Positions 41,537 to 51,839 of a stretch of 64,000 bases of DNA are shown in pieces. Under the pieces are notes generated by a model. The model worked only from the letters and a program-made list of their open reading frames with translations, did no database searches and was not told the origin of the DNA. Where the stretch lies: positions 299,460,001 to 299,524,000 of the forward strand of contig OZ024743.1 in the NCBI GenBank assembly GCA_964016885.1. Reading direction: 5' to 3'. Position 1 is the first letter of the stretch; every line of letters begins with the position of its first letter. The DNA is from Eledone cirrhosa. Taxonomy: Eukaryota. A program made the translations under genes and the position numbers.

Positions 41537-41914
41537 TTACAGACACATACTCAGAGAAGGCCCATTCATTCGGGCCATACTTGCTTCTCTCACCCATCTT
41601 TCAACAAAATGCTGGGAAGAGAGCACTTCCCTCTCTACCCTGATTTTCATTTTCAAATGAAATTTGAAAAAGTTAATCAGGGCATCACCGAAGAGGTAAG
41701 TGCTCGTCTTCAGCCCTTTCAAACGTGTCCACCATACTATCTCTTTCGCCATGGCCACCAGACAGATAAAAACTGCCTGCCCTTCCAGGCTAAAGGAAGG
41801 GGGCGGGGCAATCCTCACGATGGACCCAGCTGATAGCTGGATAGGTCCTACACGTGACAGCAGGTGTTCGACATAAACCCACAAGTCAGCAATGCTCGGA
41901 CACTGGACGAGTGC
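41537..41914 (-). pseudogene. out-of-frame C-terminus of ORF2p
   Basis: ALVQCPSIADLWVYVEHLL...AKEIVWWTRLK: second half of the C-terminal zinc motif and terminal helices. Confidence 0.8.
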
Positions 41915-44540
41915 ACACCTGATTACCGTCGAGGAAGAGGTGGAGATGTCGTAGCCTGAGCGCGTGTCTGCGCATCATCAGCCACGGCATGCCCAGCCCT
42001 CCACGTAGCGGGTGTTGACAGCAGATGGACCGCCTGACCATCGGAGCGCGTCCCTTCCACAAGAAGCGAAAGAGCAAACGCTCCAGCGCAGTCAGGCGGG
42101 GCTTAGGACAAGGTACGACGGTCAGGCGGTAGTAGATGACGGATGCGATGTACGCATTCGCCACCTCCGCTCGACCTTTCAGGGATAGCTTCCTCTCGGC
42201 CCATTTCTGGGTGAGAGAAGCCACCCTGCTCGTCACCTCGTCCCAGTTTTTGTCCGTCTGGAGGTCTGGACCGAACCAGACCCCTAGCAATTTAACCGCT
42301 CCGTCCGTCCAGCGCCCGACGACGCTGTTGGACGGCATGGACCTGCCTCTCCAGGTGCCGAGCTGCAGGCCCACTGACTTTTCCTGGTTGATCATTGCTC
42401 CTGTCACCGCTTCGTATTCTCTTAGTGTAGTGCCGATCGCCTCGATGTGTTTGGCGCTCGACACCACTACGGTGACATCGTCGGCATATGCTGACACGGA
42501 TCTTCCGCATCCTAGTTCGCGCGGGACCCCCCTCAACGTCTCCAGTTTGTGCAGTAATGGCTCGAGAGTCAATACGTACAATAGGGACGAGAGGGGACAT
42601 CCTTGGCGGACCGAGCGCATGATGTTGAACGGTTCCGAAAGGTGACCGTTCACTCTCACTACAGAGCAGATGTCGCTGTGCATGGCAGCGATCCAGCCTC
42701 TGAAGACGGGCCCAAAGCCAGCCGCCCTCAGGACTGCCGCTAGGTAACGATGGTCGACCCTATCGAAGGCTTTCGACTGATCTAAATTGATCAAAGACCC
42801 ACCCGTGCCAGGTTCCCTAGCTACCCTCTCTACGATGTATCGCATGAGGTGGAGGTTGTCGTGGATGGATCTGTCGGGAATGGCGCATGTCTGTGCCTCT
42901 CCCACCAGACCACCAACGACAAGCGCCAACCTCTTTGCTAGCACCTTGGCCAAAATCTTGAACTCTGTGTTTAGCAGAGTTATGGGCCTAAAATTATCTA
43001 TGTTATCCCCCTTGTTCGGATCCTTTCTCAGCAGCGCCACAGCTCCTCGGCTCACAGAGCTGGGAATTCTCCCGTTCTGTTGCCAGTTGCAGTAGACGTC
43101 CGCCAAGAGGCCTCCGAACAAGTTTGGCATTTGTACGTAAAGTTCATAAGGCAGACCATCCAAACCAGGCGATTTACCCCTTGTGCAACTAGTCATTGCA
43201 TCCCGTACTTCAGCGGTTGTTATCGGCTTTTCGCAACACTCCGCCTCAGTGGCCGAAAGCCGCGGCAGTCCGTCGAGGTAGACACTAAAGTCCATCCCTC
43301 GATCCGGCCCGCCACTGCCCCCGAACAGTTGAGCGAAGTGTCGCTGAAAAGCTTCACACATTTGCCCGGGATCGAGTAGCATGCGCCCGTCGTGGTCCAC
43401 CAAAGACCCGATCGTGGCTTTGTTGCCACGACGCGCCTCCGCCACTCGGGCCCATTGAACGGCTTTCGTCCCCTCGTGTCTGAGAGCACGCACCCTAGCT
43501 CTGACAACGCAGCCTTCGTGCTTTGCATTGAAGAATTGGTCAAGGGCCAATTTCGCCGCAAGTACGTCGGTCGCGATGCCTTTGCTAAGCGCCTCATCTA
43601 ATTTTCTAACTAATTCTCCCTCTGCTCTATTTTTTTCTATTGCTAAAGTCTTACTAAACCTAATGGACTCTATTCTAATTGCTCTTTTCAGAGCAAACCA
43701 CCACTTGTTGTTGACGATGGCCCCCGTCAACGCCCGCTTAACTAGTTCCCTAATCCGGTCTCTGTAGGCCTTGCGCGCTGGTAAGGACGCGTTTAGCTTC
43801 CAGTAGCCGGGTCCTCGTCTATGAAGCCTATCTAAGTCAAGCACACAGATCACGAATTTGTGGTCCGTGTAGCTGACTATCTTGAATTGTGGACAGCCTA
43901 TGCTAGACCTATCTATTTCCCTACAAAATACTCTATCTAGATATGATCTGGATGACCCTATGCGATTTGTCCAAGTCCACATTGGTACATTCGGGAAATC
44001 CATTCGGTACCTGTCAGACAGTTCAAAACGTCTGAGCAGGTTGGTGAGACTCTTGCACCCTCCTTCCCTATCCACTAATCCCACACAATCCCAGCGTTCA
44101 TCTAAGATCCCGTTCCAGTCGCCCACTAACACTAAAGAGCGGGACGTTCCAAGAAAGGTCTCCAGACGCCGGAAGAAATCAGGCCGCCCTGCTCCTGTCG
44201 GGGCATAGACGGCCACTAACCTGAAAGCTTGCCCGTCTCCGCTGGTCACGTCCAGCACCACCAGCTTACCTTCTGGGTCCAGGAAGATGGCCCGTATGGC
44301 AAGATCCAAAACTCTCCGAAAAAGCACAGCAACTCCTCCCCCCGATCCCGGACGGCTGGGAGATGCGTACACATCGTAGCCGCCGAAGATCGGTGCGAAA
44401 GCCTGTGCTTCGGAGATTCTGGTCTCGCTGATGGCCACTACATCTATGTTTAGTGACCTGAGGTCGTTGAGCAGGTGGCCCTGCTTCCATGACGACCCCA
44501 AGCCACGCGCATTTATGCTGCCTATTCTGAGTGAGGTCAT
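41886..44540 (-). CDS. LINE ORF2p, APE endonuclease plus reverse transcriptase, C-terminally interrupted
   Basis: SINARG, ISET, VYAP, GDWN, LDR, TDH (APE); KSPGLDG, RPITLLN, LDQSKAFD, RQGCPLS, YADD, LLGV (RT). Confidence 0.95.
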   Translation of the reverse strand: MTSLRIGSINARGLGSSWKQGHLLNDLRSLNIDVVAISETRISEAQAFAPIFGGYDVYASPSRPGSGGGVAVLFRRVLDLAIRAIFLDPEGKLVVLDVTSGDGQAFRLVAVYAPTGAGRPDFFRRLETFLGTSRSLVLVGDWNGILDERWDCVGLVDREGGCKSLTNLLRRFELSDRYRMDFPNVPMWTWTNRIGSSRSYLDRVFCREIDRSSIGCPQFKIVSYTDHKFVICVLDLDRLHRRGPGYWKLNASLPARKAYRDRIRELVKRALTGAIVNNKWWFALKRAIRIESIRFSKTLAIEKNRAEGELVRKLDEALSKGIATDVLAAKLALDQFFNAKHEGCVVRARVRALRHEGTKAVQWARVAEARRGNKATIGSLVDHDGRMLLDPGQMCEAFQRHFAQLFGGSGGPDRGMDFSVYLDGLPRLSATEAECCEKPITTAEVRDAMTSCTRGKSPGLDGLPYELYVQMPNLFGGLLADVYCNWQQNGRIPSSVSRGAVALLRKDPNKGDNIDNFRPITLLNTEFKILAKVLAKRLALVVGGLVGEAQTCAIPDRSIHDNLHLMRYIVERVAREPGTGGSLINLDQSKAFDRVDHRYLAAVLRAAGFGPVFRGWIAAMHSDICSVVRVNGHLSEPFNIMRSVRQGCPLSSLLYVLTLEPLLHKLETLRGVPRELGCGRSVSAYADDVTVVVSSAKHIEAIGTTLREYEAVTGAMINQEKSVGLQLGTWRGRSMPSNSVVGRWTDGAVKLLGVWFGPDLQTDKNWDEVTSRVASLTQKWAERKLSLKGRAEVANAYIASVIYYRLTVVPCPKPRLTALERLLFRFLWKGRAPMVRRSICCQHPLRGGLGMPWLMMRRHALRLRHLHLFLDGNQVCTRPVSEHC

Positions 44541-44574
44541 GTTGAAAAGGAGTGGAAAAGATGGGAAAGACCAC

Positions 44575-46023
44575 TTACCTTACTTCTCGTAGGGGAAGGA
44601 CGGCTTTTCCATCCTTTTCACTGCTTGTGGCCTCCTCAGGAAGGATGTCCTTATAAATCCTCCTGGAGAGTGCTTGTCGGAAGTCTCCAATGTCTTTGGG
44701 GAATTTTTGTTTTAGTGTCATGTACGTTTTCTGTGTGATGCGAGTGATTTGTATGTGTGGAGGTGGTGTGAATTTTGGGGTTGTTGTGTAGTCTTTTTCT
44801 GTGATGCTGGTGTTGTGTTGGATGTAGTGTAATAATTGCTTGTTGTTCAAATTTAATGCTGTGTAGTGTGTATCGTTTTGGTTGTTTTGTTTTGTTTGCG
44901 TTTGTTGTGGGTTTGTTTCTGTTTCGAATTTTGGTGACTTTTGTGGTGTAGGTGATGGTGGTGCTGGGGATAATGATGGTGATGGTGTTGGTGTTTGGGT
45001 TGATGGGGTTGGTGATGCTGGTGTGGATGGTGGCATATCTGTCCTAACTTTTTTGTTTCTTAGTTTATTTGTTTCCCTCTGTATTTTGTTTTTGGAGGGG
45101 GAAGGAAGAGAATTTTTTCTTTTTTGGTTTCTTTTTTTTTTTCCGGATATCGTTTCCCACTCCTCGTCGTCACAATCTGTCTCCAGTTGTGATAGGCCGG
45201 GGAGTGGAAAATCCTCCACAGCCGTTAGTTTTGGTTGTGGTGTGGTGAATGGTGTAGGCGCTGGTGCTAGTTCTGAAGCGTTGGGTGGTGGTGGTGTTGG
45301 TTTTGCTGGTGGTGGTAGTGGTGTTGGTTTTGCTACTGTTGCTGGGGTTGTTGCTGTTATAGTTGCTTCTGTTGTTGCTGCTACAGTTGTTGCTGCCATC
45401 TCTGCTACTGGTGGTGTTGATGGTTTTGTCACTGGGGTGGGTAGGAGAGGTGGCCTCAACCTTTTAGCCTGAGGGCAGAAAGCCCTTAGGTGGGTTCCTT
45501 CACCACAAACGACACACCTAGGTCTTCTGCCCTCGACAATTACCGTGAGGTGGCTGCCGTCAGTGAGGTCTATTACCTCTGGGAACTCCTCAATGCTTTT
45601 TTGGTCCGCTTGGATCAGGAGCTCCATCCCAGATCCGGACCAGTTTTCCTGCTTTTCTTTTGCTACTGCTATTATTTTCGTGTTGGCTTCGATGCCGGTG
45701 AGGACAGCCGCTATTAGCCAGGGAATTTCGATGGCCAGTGGAACGTGGGTCACCCTGATCTTTACGAGTCTCTGGCCACAATAGCTTGGGACGAGTGTGA
45801 GGTCGTCATTTTTTAATGGGGCCATGGAGTGTTCTCTAGCCTCCTCTGGTGTTTCAAAGAACACATCCACGGTTCCATACTTTTGCCCACGTCTGATGTG
45901 GGTTTTTCTTGCCCACACATGTCCCAAAGCTTTTTGGATTTGGGACTCGGATGCCCGTTCCACTCGGCGCGATTTTACATTTATTGTTCTATACGACACG
46001 GTGCACAGGCGCCGATGCTCCAT
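44575..46023 (-). CDS. LINE ORF1p (RRM-like N-terminus, CCHC zinc knuckle, P/T-rich low-complexity region, basic patch)
   Basis: 482-aa ORF with EGRRPRCVVCGEGTHLRAFCP (CX2CX4HX4C) and EEWETISGKKKR; probably extends upstream through a -1 shift. Confidence 0.85.
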   Translation of the reverse strand: MEHRRLCTVSYRTINVKSRRVERASESQIQKALGHVWARKTHIRRGQKYGTVDVFFETPEEAREHSMAPLKNDDLTLVPSYCGQRLVKIRVTHVPLAIEIPWLIAAVLTGIEANTKIIAVAKEKQENWSGSGMELLIQADQKSIEEFPEVIDLTDGSHLTVIVEGRRPRCVVCGEGTHLRAFCPQAKRLRPPLLPTPVTKPSTPPVAEMAATTVAATTEATITATTPATVAKPTPLPPPAKPTPPPPNASELAPAPTPFTTPQPKLTAVEDFPLPGLSQLETDCDDEEWETISGKKKRNQKRKNSLPSPSKNKIQRETNKLRNKKVRTDMPPSTPASPTPSTQTPTPSPSLSPAPPSPTPQKSPKFETETNPQQTQTKQNNQNDTHYTALNLNNKQLLHYIQHNTSITEKDYTTTPKFTPPPHIQITRITQKTYMTLKQKFPKDIGDFRQALSRRIYKDILPEEATSSEKDGKAVLPLREVR

Positions 46024-46289
46024 TTTATTAGGTGGGGGGTGAGGCTGACCCTGTACCCATCTTTTTTTACCATTTGTTTGGCATTTTCTAAATCTTCTTG
46101 GGTTACCGTGAACGCTTCGAATTGTTTTGCTACGATGGCGAAACTGAGGGTCGGTTTTATAATGTCATTGTTGTTGTTGTTGCTATCGTTAATATTAATT
46201 TTATTTTCAGTTGTGGTGGTTGTGACGTCAGTCGTCTTTGGTAATAATAATAAAAACATAATACACACACACATACTCCCCCCCCCCCC

Positions 46290-46337
<48 letters not shown>

Positions 46338-46340
<3 letters not shown>

Positions 46341-46405
46341 GCGGCTGAGTACTTAGAGAATTGGATTCGTAATCGCGAGGTTGTGACTTCGATTCTCAGA
46401 CGGAG
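46338..46405 (+). mobile_element. tRNA-like SINE head
   Basis: GCGGCTGAGTACTTAG (A-box-like) and GACTTCGATTCTC (B-box-like). Confidence 0.5.
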
Positions 46406-46565
46406 GAACAATAAAAACAGAATTCAGGTGTAGGTAGAGAGTTATTTCATTGTTTTACGATCGTCTCAGAGGGTCGATTGAGCGACTGGCATGGTATAAG
46501 CGGTGATCATCTACCGCAGGAACTAATGTTGACACTGGCGATTCCCAGCACAACTAGTTGGACTC

Positions 46566-46608
<43 letters not shown>

Positions 46609-46660
46609 ATGATATATATATATATATATGATTGTATATATATATATATATATATATATT

Positions 46661-47274
46661 AAGATAAACAGAACAAGTAAAATTCAATCAATTTTTCAAA
46701 ATACATTAAAAAATATAATATAAATATTTACCTCTCCTAGTGGCCCTTACTGATCAGTTTCGCTTTGTAAAACCTCATAAATCCGATGGATTTATGATGG
46801 AAAACCAAAGCTCATCAGAGAAGCATTTTCCCTTCCTAGGGCTAAACGTCCCAGGAACGACAAAATATACAAACTCCTGCCAGCTAATAAAGGTCTGAAA
46901 GGTCGTAAAATTGACCCGTATGTAAACTGGACCGAAGTAAAAGCGGGAAAATCAAAGACTTGCTGTCTACAATTACTACTAAAAAAAATAGCAGCCAAGT
47001 AGAGCAACAGGATTGTTCTCAACGGACGGAGAAAAAGGTAGAAGTTAATATGTCCAGGGATACTAGGTACCCCTAGAAATACATAGGTTGTCTATGATTC
47101 AAGGTTGTTCAATGGTGTTAATTTGATACACCAGAACTTTAATATTAAGATAAGCAGAACAAGTAAAATTCAATCAATTTTTCAAAATACATTAAAAAAT
47201 ATAATATAAATATTTACCTCTCCTAGTGGCCCTTACTGATCAGTTTCGCTTTGTAAAACCTCATAAATCCGATG
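46661..47274 (-). mobile_element. non-coding element with 128-bp direct terminal repeats in (TA)n (pLTR/retrozyme-like)
   Basis: 46661-46788 almost identical to 47147-47274; each repeat has a hammerhead-like half ATGAG-GTTT-TAC-AAAGC-GAAA-CTGATCAG-TA on the minus strand. Confidence 0.7.
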
Positions 47275-47407
47275 TATATATATATATATATACTCAATTA
47301 TATGTATATATATATATATATACTCAATTATATGTATATATATACTCAATTTTATATATATATATATACTTATATATATATACACAGAATCATATATATA
47401 CATATAT

Positions 47408-47480
<73 letters not shown>

Positions 47481-47498
47481 CATATATATATATACACT

Positions 47499-47611
<113 letters not shown>

Positions 47612-47644
47612 ATCTATATATGTATATATATATATATATATATC

Positions 47645-47690
<46 letters not shown>

Positions 47691-47696
47691 TATATG

Positions 47697-49933
47697 TCAC
47701 AGGACCACCAACACGGCCAGTCTGTGGAGCTAGTAACTACAGACTTTCCTACTTCCTCTCCCTGATCATACGCCCCATCATTGAAATGTCGCCAGATATA
47801 TGTGACAGCACGGAGGACCTCCTCAGCAGAATCGGTGAGAGTAACCGATCTAGGGACCTAACAAACTGCATAATAGGTAGTATGGATGTAGTGTCCCTGT
47901 ATCCATCTATTGACGTGGATTTTGCTGTGGAGAAATGCGTAGAAATGATCAGTGAGAGCAATGTTGAATTCCATGAGATTGATACCAGTGAGCTGGGACA
48001 CCTACTTAAACTTACCTATAGTAATAATTATCTAGATACATATGGCCTTAGCAACCTGTGCCCTACAAGATAAGCAAGAGGCAGACCACCTACCATTACC
48101 TCAATGGCCAAGAAAACCCACACAGATAGATGGAACGGGTGGACTAGAGCCATACGGACCCCCGAAAACCACGATGAACTAAAGAAAATCATTGCACATG
48201 CGGTGGTGGCCAGCATAAAATTAACCCTTAAGGAACATATGTTAAAATTTAATGGAAAAACATATTCCCAAGAGGAGGAAGCAGCCATTGGTGTTAGCAT
48301 TGCAGGTGACATAGCTAACCTATTCATGGTATGGTGGGACAATAGACTTAAACTTAATCTTAAAGAACAATTAGAAGTCAGCAACCTCTTAACCCTGATA
48401 ATGTACTCCCGCTACGTTGATGATATAAACGTCGTAGTTAAAACACCCCCACTAGAGAAGAGTCAGGAATTAGAGAAAAACACATTGGAAAGCATCCAGC
48501 AAATAGCTAACTTCATCCACCAGAGTATTAGAGTTACTATAGACTACCCAAGCAAACACCCCAACCATCGATTACCTGTACTAGACACAGAGCTCTGGTT
48601 AGATACCATTAATAACAAAAAAACAAATCCTCCATTTCCATTATGCCAAACCCATGACTTCCAAATATCTGATCCACCGAAACTCAGCTGTTTCGGACCA
48701 TACCAAAATCAACATACTGATTGCGGATTGGGTACGGGTGATGAGAAACGTGTCCCACATGTGCAACCTCAAAGAACTAGAGAGGCACATACAACACTTC
48801 ATCCACCGTATGCAGTTCTCTGGTTACAATCAGAGAGATAAAATCAGAGTGTATAGAGGAGCCAGAACCAAATGGAAAAAATGGTAAATAATGACACAAA
48901 TGGTACCTGCCCCTTGTATAGGAGCAAATTTTGGAATAGAATAGAAAGAACTAGGAATAAGGTTAATAGAATAAACTCATGGTATGATAGCAATAAATAC
49001 CAGAGTGTAATGTTCATCGATACAACTCCTAGAGGTGAATTAGCTTACCAATTTAGAAGGGCCCTAGATAAATATAAACTCAATATTAAGATAGTAGAAA
49101 GACCAGGTACCTCCATAAAAACACTTATTAGCAATACATACCCTTTTCAAAGACCTCCCTGTATAGATAAGAAATGCATAATCTGTAAATTAAGCCCCCA
49201 TATTAACTGTAAAACTAGAAATGTAGTATATAACATAAGATGTACTGAAGGACAATGTAGAGATAAGAATATAGTGTACATAGGTGAGAGAGCTCTTAGT
49301 ATAGGGGAACGGATAAATGAACACTGGCTAGAGCTTCAAGATAGTAAATAATCATCTACCAACATTCTAAAACATTTTTAAAATAGAACATAAGGGTAAA
49401 TTAGAGAACATAAAAATAAAAATAGAATCTACACACAGAAAAGACGCAATGTTTAGACAAATTACAGAGGCAATAAACATAAATGAACTCCAACCAAAAT
49501 TAAATAGAAAACATGAATGGAACAGCAACATCACAACTTACAATTAAGGACAAAGTGAAACCACACACGCACATAGAACAAACAACCAACAAGTAACATG
49601 TAAATAAACAAATAAATAAACAAATATAAACACACACATACACCCGGATGTAACACATGCGCAAACTAAGCACACAACACACACAAAAACAAGATGGCGT
49701 AGGACAGAACAAAGGGGAGGCACAAAAACAAAGAAAAGAATCCCCAATCACTTAAGAGGTCACATAATGTGTGACGAAAGAACTTTGACAATATATGAAC
49801 AATCATCTGATTGTGGAACCAACCAACCAACCGGAAATTTATAAATTCCTAAATTTATAAATTTATTATAATAAATTGAAGTGAAACACTGGTGCGTGTG
49901 TTTCATATTGGCAACATCACCCTCCCAAAGTAT

Positions 49934-49940
<7 letters not shown>
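47697..49940 (+). mobile_element. 5'-truncated PLE (RT plus GIY-YIG), non-Naiad lineage
   Basis: [45 protein letters not shown], then PC..KKCIIC..NCKTRNVVYNIRC..YIGE; few stops or frameshifts; (TA)n on both sides. Confidence 0.9.
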
Positions 49941-49967
<27 letters not shown>

Positions 49968-49969
<2 letters not shown>

Positions 49970-51429
49970 TCCATCTATCTTGGTTTAGTGAGATATCTCA
50001 TGCCATCAAAAATTTGAAGCGATGAAAAAGCCCTGGACTGGACAACATACACCCAGATTTCATCAAAGCTGGTGGTGAACCAATTATCAAAGCACGTCAA
50101 CATCTCATTAACTGTATTATCACCACAGGAAAAAGCCCAGTCATGTTCAAGTAAGCACTTATAGTTGTACTCTACAAAATAGATAGCACAGTTGATTGTG
50201 GGAACTATCGTCCTATCAGCTTACTGAGTCACGTTTACAAGCTTTTCATGAGTATCATTGCAGCACGAGTGAAGTCAGAACTTTACGCCTCATTTCCTGA
50301 AACACAACCTGGTTATCAACCTGGAAGAGGCTCCATTGAGCAGATCCTAGCTATTGAACAAATCATTGAGAATTCACCTCCATTGATTTCACAAAAGCTT
50401 TTGACAACGTGAAACTACCCAGCTTGTGGGAACTCTTAAACAAGACCTCAATTAATAAAACTAAATCAACTTATAGAACGAAATTTACAACAACTCAATA
50501 GCATATATCAAAACAGACTTGGGAACTACAAGCTATATAGACATCTTGAAGAGAGTTAAGCAGGGGGATGTACTATTAGCACCTCTTTTCTGTATACTTA
50601 TAGCTGCGCTTATCTACCAAACTGAAGAAGAATGCTCCTCTGGCTATCAAATAGGAGGTACAATCCTATCAAATCTTAGCTATGCAGACAATCTGGCCAT
50701 TATGAGTTACTATAGAACTGATCTGCAAGACTTGCTGAATGTACTGGCCAAACATTCATTGGAGGCTGGGTTACATATCAACATCTCCAAATCAAAGTGT
50801 ATGACAGCTGATAACAACAGTGCCAATCTCCAACTCACAATCTACAACCATCAAATTTCTCAAGTTACGGAGTTTGTATATTTCGGACACAAACTATCAT
50901 CAAACAACGCTCTAGGTTGGGCAGCCTTCAACAAAGAGAAGGAAGTACTAACATCAAACCGAGTTTCCTATCATTTGAAGGCTAAGATCTTTGATATTTA
51001 CATCCTACCAGTCGTGTTGTATGTTCTTGACTGTGTTAATTGGACGACAAAGTCACTTCAGAACTCTCTACATTCCAGAACCACATCATGAGACTTACGA
51101 CTGGCAAGCGGCTCAGCAACCGTATCTGTATCACTGAGTTGCTCAACATTACCAAACTTAGACCAATTATATCAATTGTCAAGTCAAGAGTATCAAATAT
51201 ACGGCCATATAAAAAGATCAACTCGTGGTGTGAGTAGGTTATGCCTGGAAGGAAGATTGGCTGGTAAGAGAAGCAGAGGCCGGCCGCCGAAATGATAGCT
51301 TGACGATGTCAACTTTTGGATTGGGCTTGATCTTTGGTCTTTGAACTCTGCTGCTGGTGATCAAACTTTGTGGAGAGAGATATCACTTGTTAATGCGCAG
51401 TCTGCCACTGGCGGAGTTTAGCGTCACAA

Positions 51430-51431
<2 letters not shown>
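49968..51431 (+). mobile_element. 5'-truncated RTE-clade LINE
   Basis: KSPGLDNI, NYRPISLLSHVYKLF, IDFTKAFD, VKQGDVL, LSYADNL, ILPVVLY, GKRSRGRP; ends at (TA)n. Confidence 0.85.
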
Positions 51432-51498
<67 letters not shown>

Positions 51499-51804
51499 TA
51501 TCCACGGTTAATTGTGGGGTCTAGTCTGCATGAAGAACTCAATGTAATCCATATGTTGAAAATGTTGTAGGTTAAAATAAATCCCGGAAAACAATGAAAC
51601 ATCAAAAGGAAAACAGAGTCATTGCTTTTGACAACGGCTGATGATATACATGTAAGTAAATATATTCCTTATATGATATTTTGTAACTAACCCTACATAG
51701 ATCGATATCGAAATACGCGTACGATGCATTATTATCACCTAGAAATTATCGTAAAGCAGTGAAGTATATTTCTAATGACTTGAATTTTTATTTCATTGCT
51801 TTAA

Positions 51805-51835
<31 letters not shown>

Positions 51836-51839
<4 letters not shown>

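Larger units (their letters stand above)
41292..46245 (-). mobile_element. young, nearly full-length L1/Tx1-type LINE
   Basis: ORF1, 34-nt spacer, ORF2, 3' UTR with hairpins and AATAAA; ATT-type repeats on both flanks. Confidence 0.95.

Noticed and set aside
42136-46356. several plus-strand ORFs of 70-196 aa
   Set aside because: Antisense shadows of the GC-rich LINE ORFs with no motifs
49800-49855. hammerhead in the 3' region of the PLE (CTGATTG...GGAAATTTATAAATT)
   Set aside because: Core and stem I too degraded to call, though the position is as expected; likewise 51638-51670 and 19820-19860
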